Below are positions 61,544 to 64,000 of a stretch of 64,000 nucleotides of DNA, in pieces; the stretch's first letter is position 1; each line of letters begins with the position of its first letter. The notes beneath the pieces are model-generated. The model was not told where the DNA came from, did not search any database, and was given only the letters and a program-made list of their open reading frames with translations. The translations under genes were made by a program, and so were the position numbers. Source of the stretch: Bugula neritina (Eukaryota > Animalia > Bryozoa); the NCBI GenBank assembly GCA_964035545.1, contig OZ037769.1, positions 11,314,633 to 11,378,632 of the forward strand, written 5' to 3'.

Positions 61544-63733
61544 GGCTGATGCCACAGAGTAAGCGAAATCGGTTTAGATTATTTTGGTAATCCTACACTG
61601 GATATAAACTAATACTGCCTGCCCGAGCGCTCAATATGGCTCCAAACTGTGGCCAATCATCTAACGCTTGATCAAATAAAATATTCCTACGCCATCGCAA
61701 CTGTCAACCCGCGACACAAATATGATATATGATTATATAAAGTGAGTAATTATCATTGTATTCTAACTTAAGGCAGTAATGTTGTATTTCTATAAAAAAA
61801 ATTAATTTTTAACTAGCACAAAAATTAGCAAAGACCAGCGCAAGTATACTATGAATTGATTGAAAAATACATTGGGGAGTGCAACTCCTAATCATGTTTA
61901 TAAACCGTGCACTTATCTTGGTTTGGCAAATTTCTTAATTGAACTTATAACTGAAAAAATGAAATATGTTTAAAATTTTAATGACATGAATAAATACAGC
62001 ACACAATTTTTAAATTTTTAATATTATGACCTTAATTGAGTTATAGATGGAGACCAAAACGATACAGAGATATAATAAACATGGTCGCACTCACTTGCTA
62101 TTGATTATGCCATTTTATAAAGCTGTATTCAACACTATATAATTATATTTGTGGATTGTTATAAGAATATTAGATGTTTGATTTTCTGTATAGCATAAAT
62201 ATCTATCTCTATGACATTGTAGTTTTATTTATAATATTATATATTTTTGTAATAATATAATTGAAAATAAGGTACCCATCATATCACTGTTCCATTATGA
62301 ATTTTTGCATGCATAATTGCCATACAAAGATGAAAATATGTTTCTGGTAACATCAACAGATTGTACAACAACTAATTACAACAAAATTTGAGTTAAATTA
62401 TTAGAATTTGTGTCTTTTACCTATTTTTAAATATAGAAACAGATGTCTACTAATATGAAATATTTTAATAGACTAATTCATAATATTATATACTTGATGA
62501 AACAAACAAAAGGTGAACGGTGAATTTATATTATAACTTATTATATATGCAATATAATTGCAGTTCTTTTATTAAAAAGCTTATAAAAGTAAAATTGTAA
62601 GGACTTGGAGTGAAAATTATTTGTGCATAAAAAAACCTGAACAAATACAAAACAATTATTTGTCATAATTTTAAATGTGCAATATGTTAATAGCATTGTT
62701 ACATTTTGAAACTGTGGCAATGTTTAAAGCATATTAGAATAATTCTTACATCACATTGTCTTTGCATAGAGAAAAAACAAGGTTTATAGCTATTCTTGTG
62801 AAGAAAAATTAGCGCATTGCTGTTGAACTGGGTAGTACATTTCATTGCATTATAAATTCATGCGAAATATAATTTTATATACTAGAGTCCATGACTTTAT
62901 AAATGACAAGCATTGATATGTGGTTCTGTTATTATTCAACTGTTTATAAGTGCTTGCATTATTATGCAATCATGATAATTAGATTTCATCTGAATAAATT
63001 ATTGCTTGTAATCCCAACCTCTGACCCCAATGGAGGCGGGGCCAATAAGCATAAATACAGCTGCATATGCTGCAGTTTTAATACTCTATGTTACACTTTA
63101 CACTGGTCAGCAACTTCTAATGGCTGCAGCTGCTGGCTATTACCTCAGTGTACAAATACTTCTTTAATCAAATTAAACTTTCACTGGTAATATTTTCCGT
63201 AGTCAATTTATAATCGGATTACTAATCTAGCAATGAGCAAAGGACAAGATTGCCGTGTAATACAATATTATAATTTATATCAAATTAGAAAATGTATAAT
63301 TATTATCATTGTTTGATCACCTAAAACTGCATGGAAGTGATAGTGTTTAAATATTACAATAAAAACTGTAATACAGGATGTAAAATCGGATTATATGAAA
63401 TCACACATTTAACATCTGATTTATTCTTTTAAATTATAAAAGCTCAATGATAAAATATAAAATAATTTAAAATGAAGTTTATAATATTATTCATCTGAAT
63501 TCACATGTTAAAAACAGTTCAATAGGTGGCCCAATGTTGTATACTGGACTGCGCCTGTCTTGGTTCTCACAAGGCAAACTACAAGTCAATACAGTTTCAG
63601 TTCATACACAACACTGGCAACCTGCAGGAAACTGTTTTAGTCTAGCCTGAATCTACTGATATATCTGGCCTCAAACAAACGTAGTAAATGTTAAAACGGC
63701 AATTGGCCATACACGTAATTGTCACAGAACCCT

Positions 63734-63919
63734 TCAACACTTGCAATGTTCAGCGGTTTGGGAGCAGCAAGTTCGGCGTTTTATCATGCAGCTTCTGAAA
63801 TTTTCCTTCAGCCTCTCTCTTAGCTCCAGCCTCTCTTTGGTTACCTTTGGCATGTTTGCTCTGAAGTCCTCCATTTCCTTCTCGGTGATAAACTCGGAAG
63901 AATCAGCATCTTCATTCAG
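63734..63919 (-). CDS. GGNBP2: Last coding exon of a gene running off the right edge; resembles the gametogenetin-binding protein 2 C-terminus
   Basis: Acceptor TTGTTTCAG, then FITEKEMEDFRAN....ERLELRERLKENF, recalled as similar to GGNBP2 FISQDEIQSFMAN....REQYRQHLKEKF. Recognised from memory only. Confidence 0.6.
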   Translation of the reverse strand: MNEDADSSEFITEKEMEDFRANMPKVTKERLELRERLKENFRSCMIKRRTCCSQTAEHCKC

Positions 63920-64000
63920 CTGAAACAAGAGCCAACAACTCTGAGAGAACTAGTGTACACGCCAGAACTAAGGCTTTCACTTCAACAAATGAAAGCTGAT

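Overview
AT-rich, intron-rich eukaryotic (invertebrate animal) genomic DNA, not prokaryotic. Host genes: an ankyrin/armadillo protein (ANKAR-like, +), rRNA 2'-O-methyltransferase FTSJ3/SPB1 (+), NTMT1 (-), KIFAP3 (+), 14-3-3 epsilon (-), and the last exon of a probable GGNBP2 (-). Between NTMT1 and KIFAP3 lies a cluster of young insertions: a non-autonomous hAT element and two related Ty3/Gypsy LTR retrotransposons placed head-to-head. Each retrotransposon has LTR pairs identical by eye, a 4-bp TSD and a tRNA-Leu PBS. The main observation is that both elements carry, at the env position, a third gene that is not env. It has a short ATG mini-exon and a phase-1 GT-AG intron, and encodes a tandem zinc-finger plus coiled-coil, probably nuclear, protein. 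One element has lost RT, RNase H and the integrase core in frame yet keeps gag, protease, the frameshift signal and this third gene. Also present are MITEs, a tRNA-derived SINE and several intronic mini/microsatellites. All alignments and exon joins were done by eye; no searches were run.
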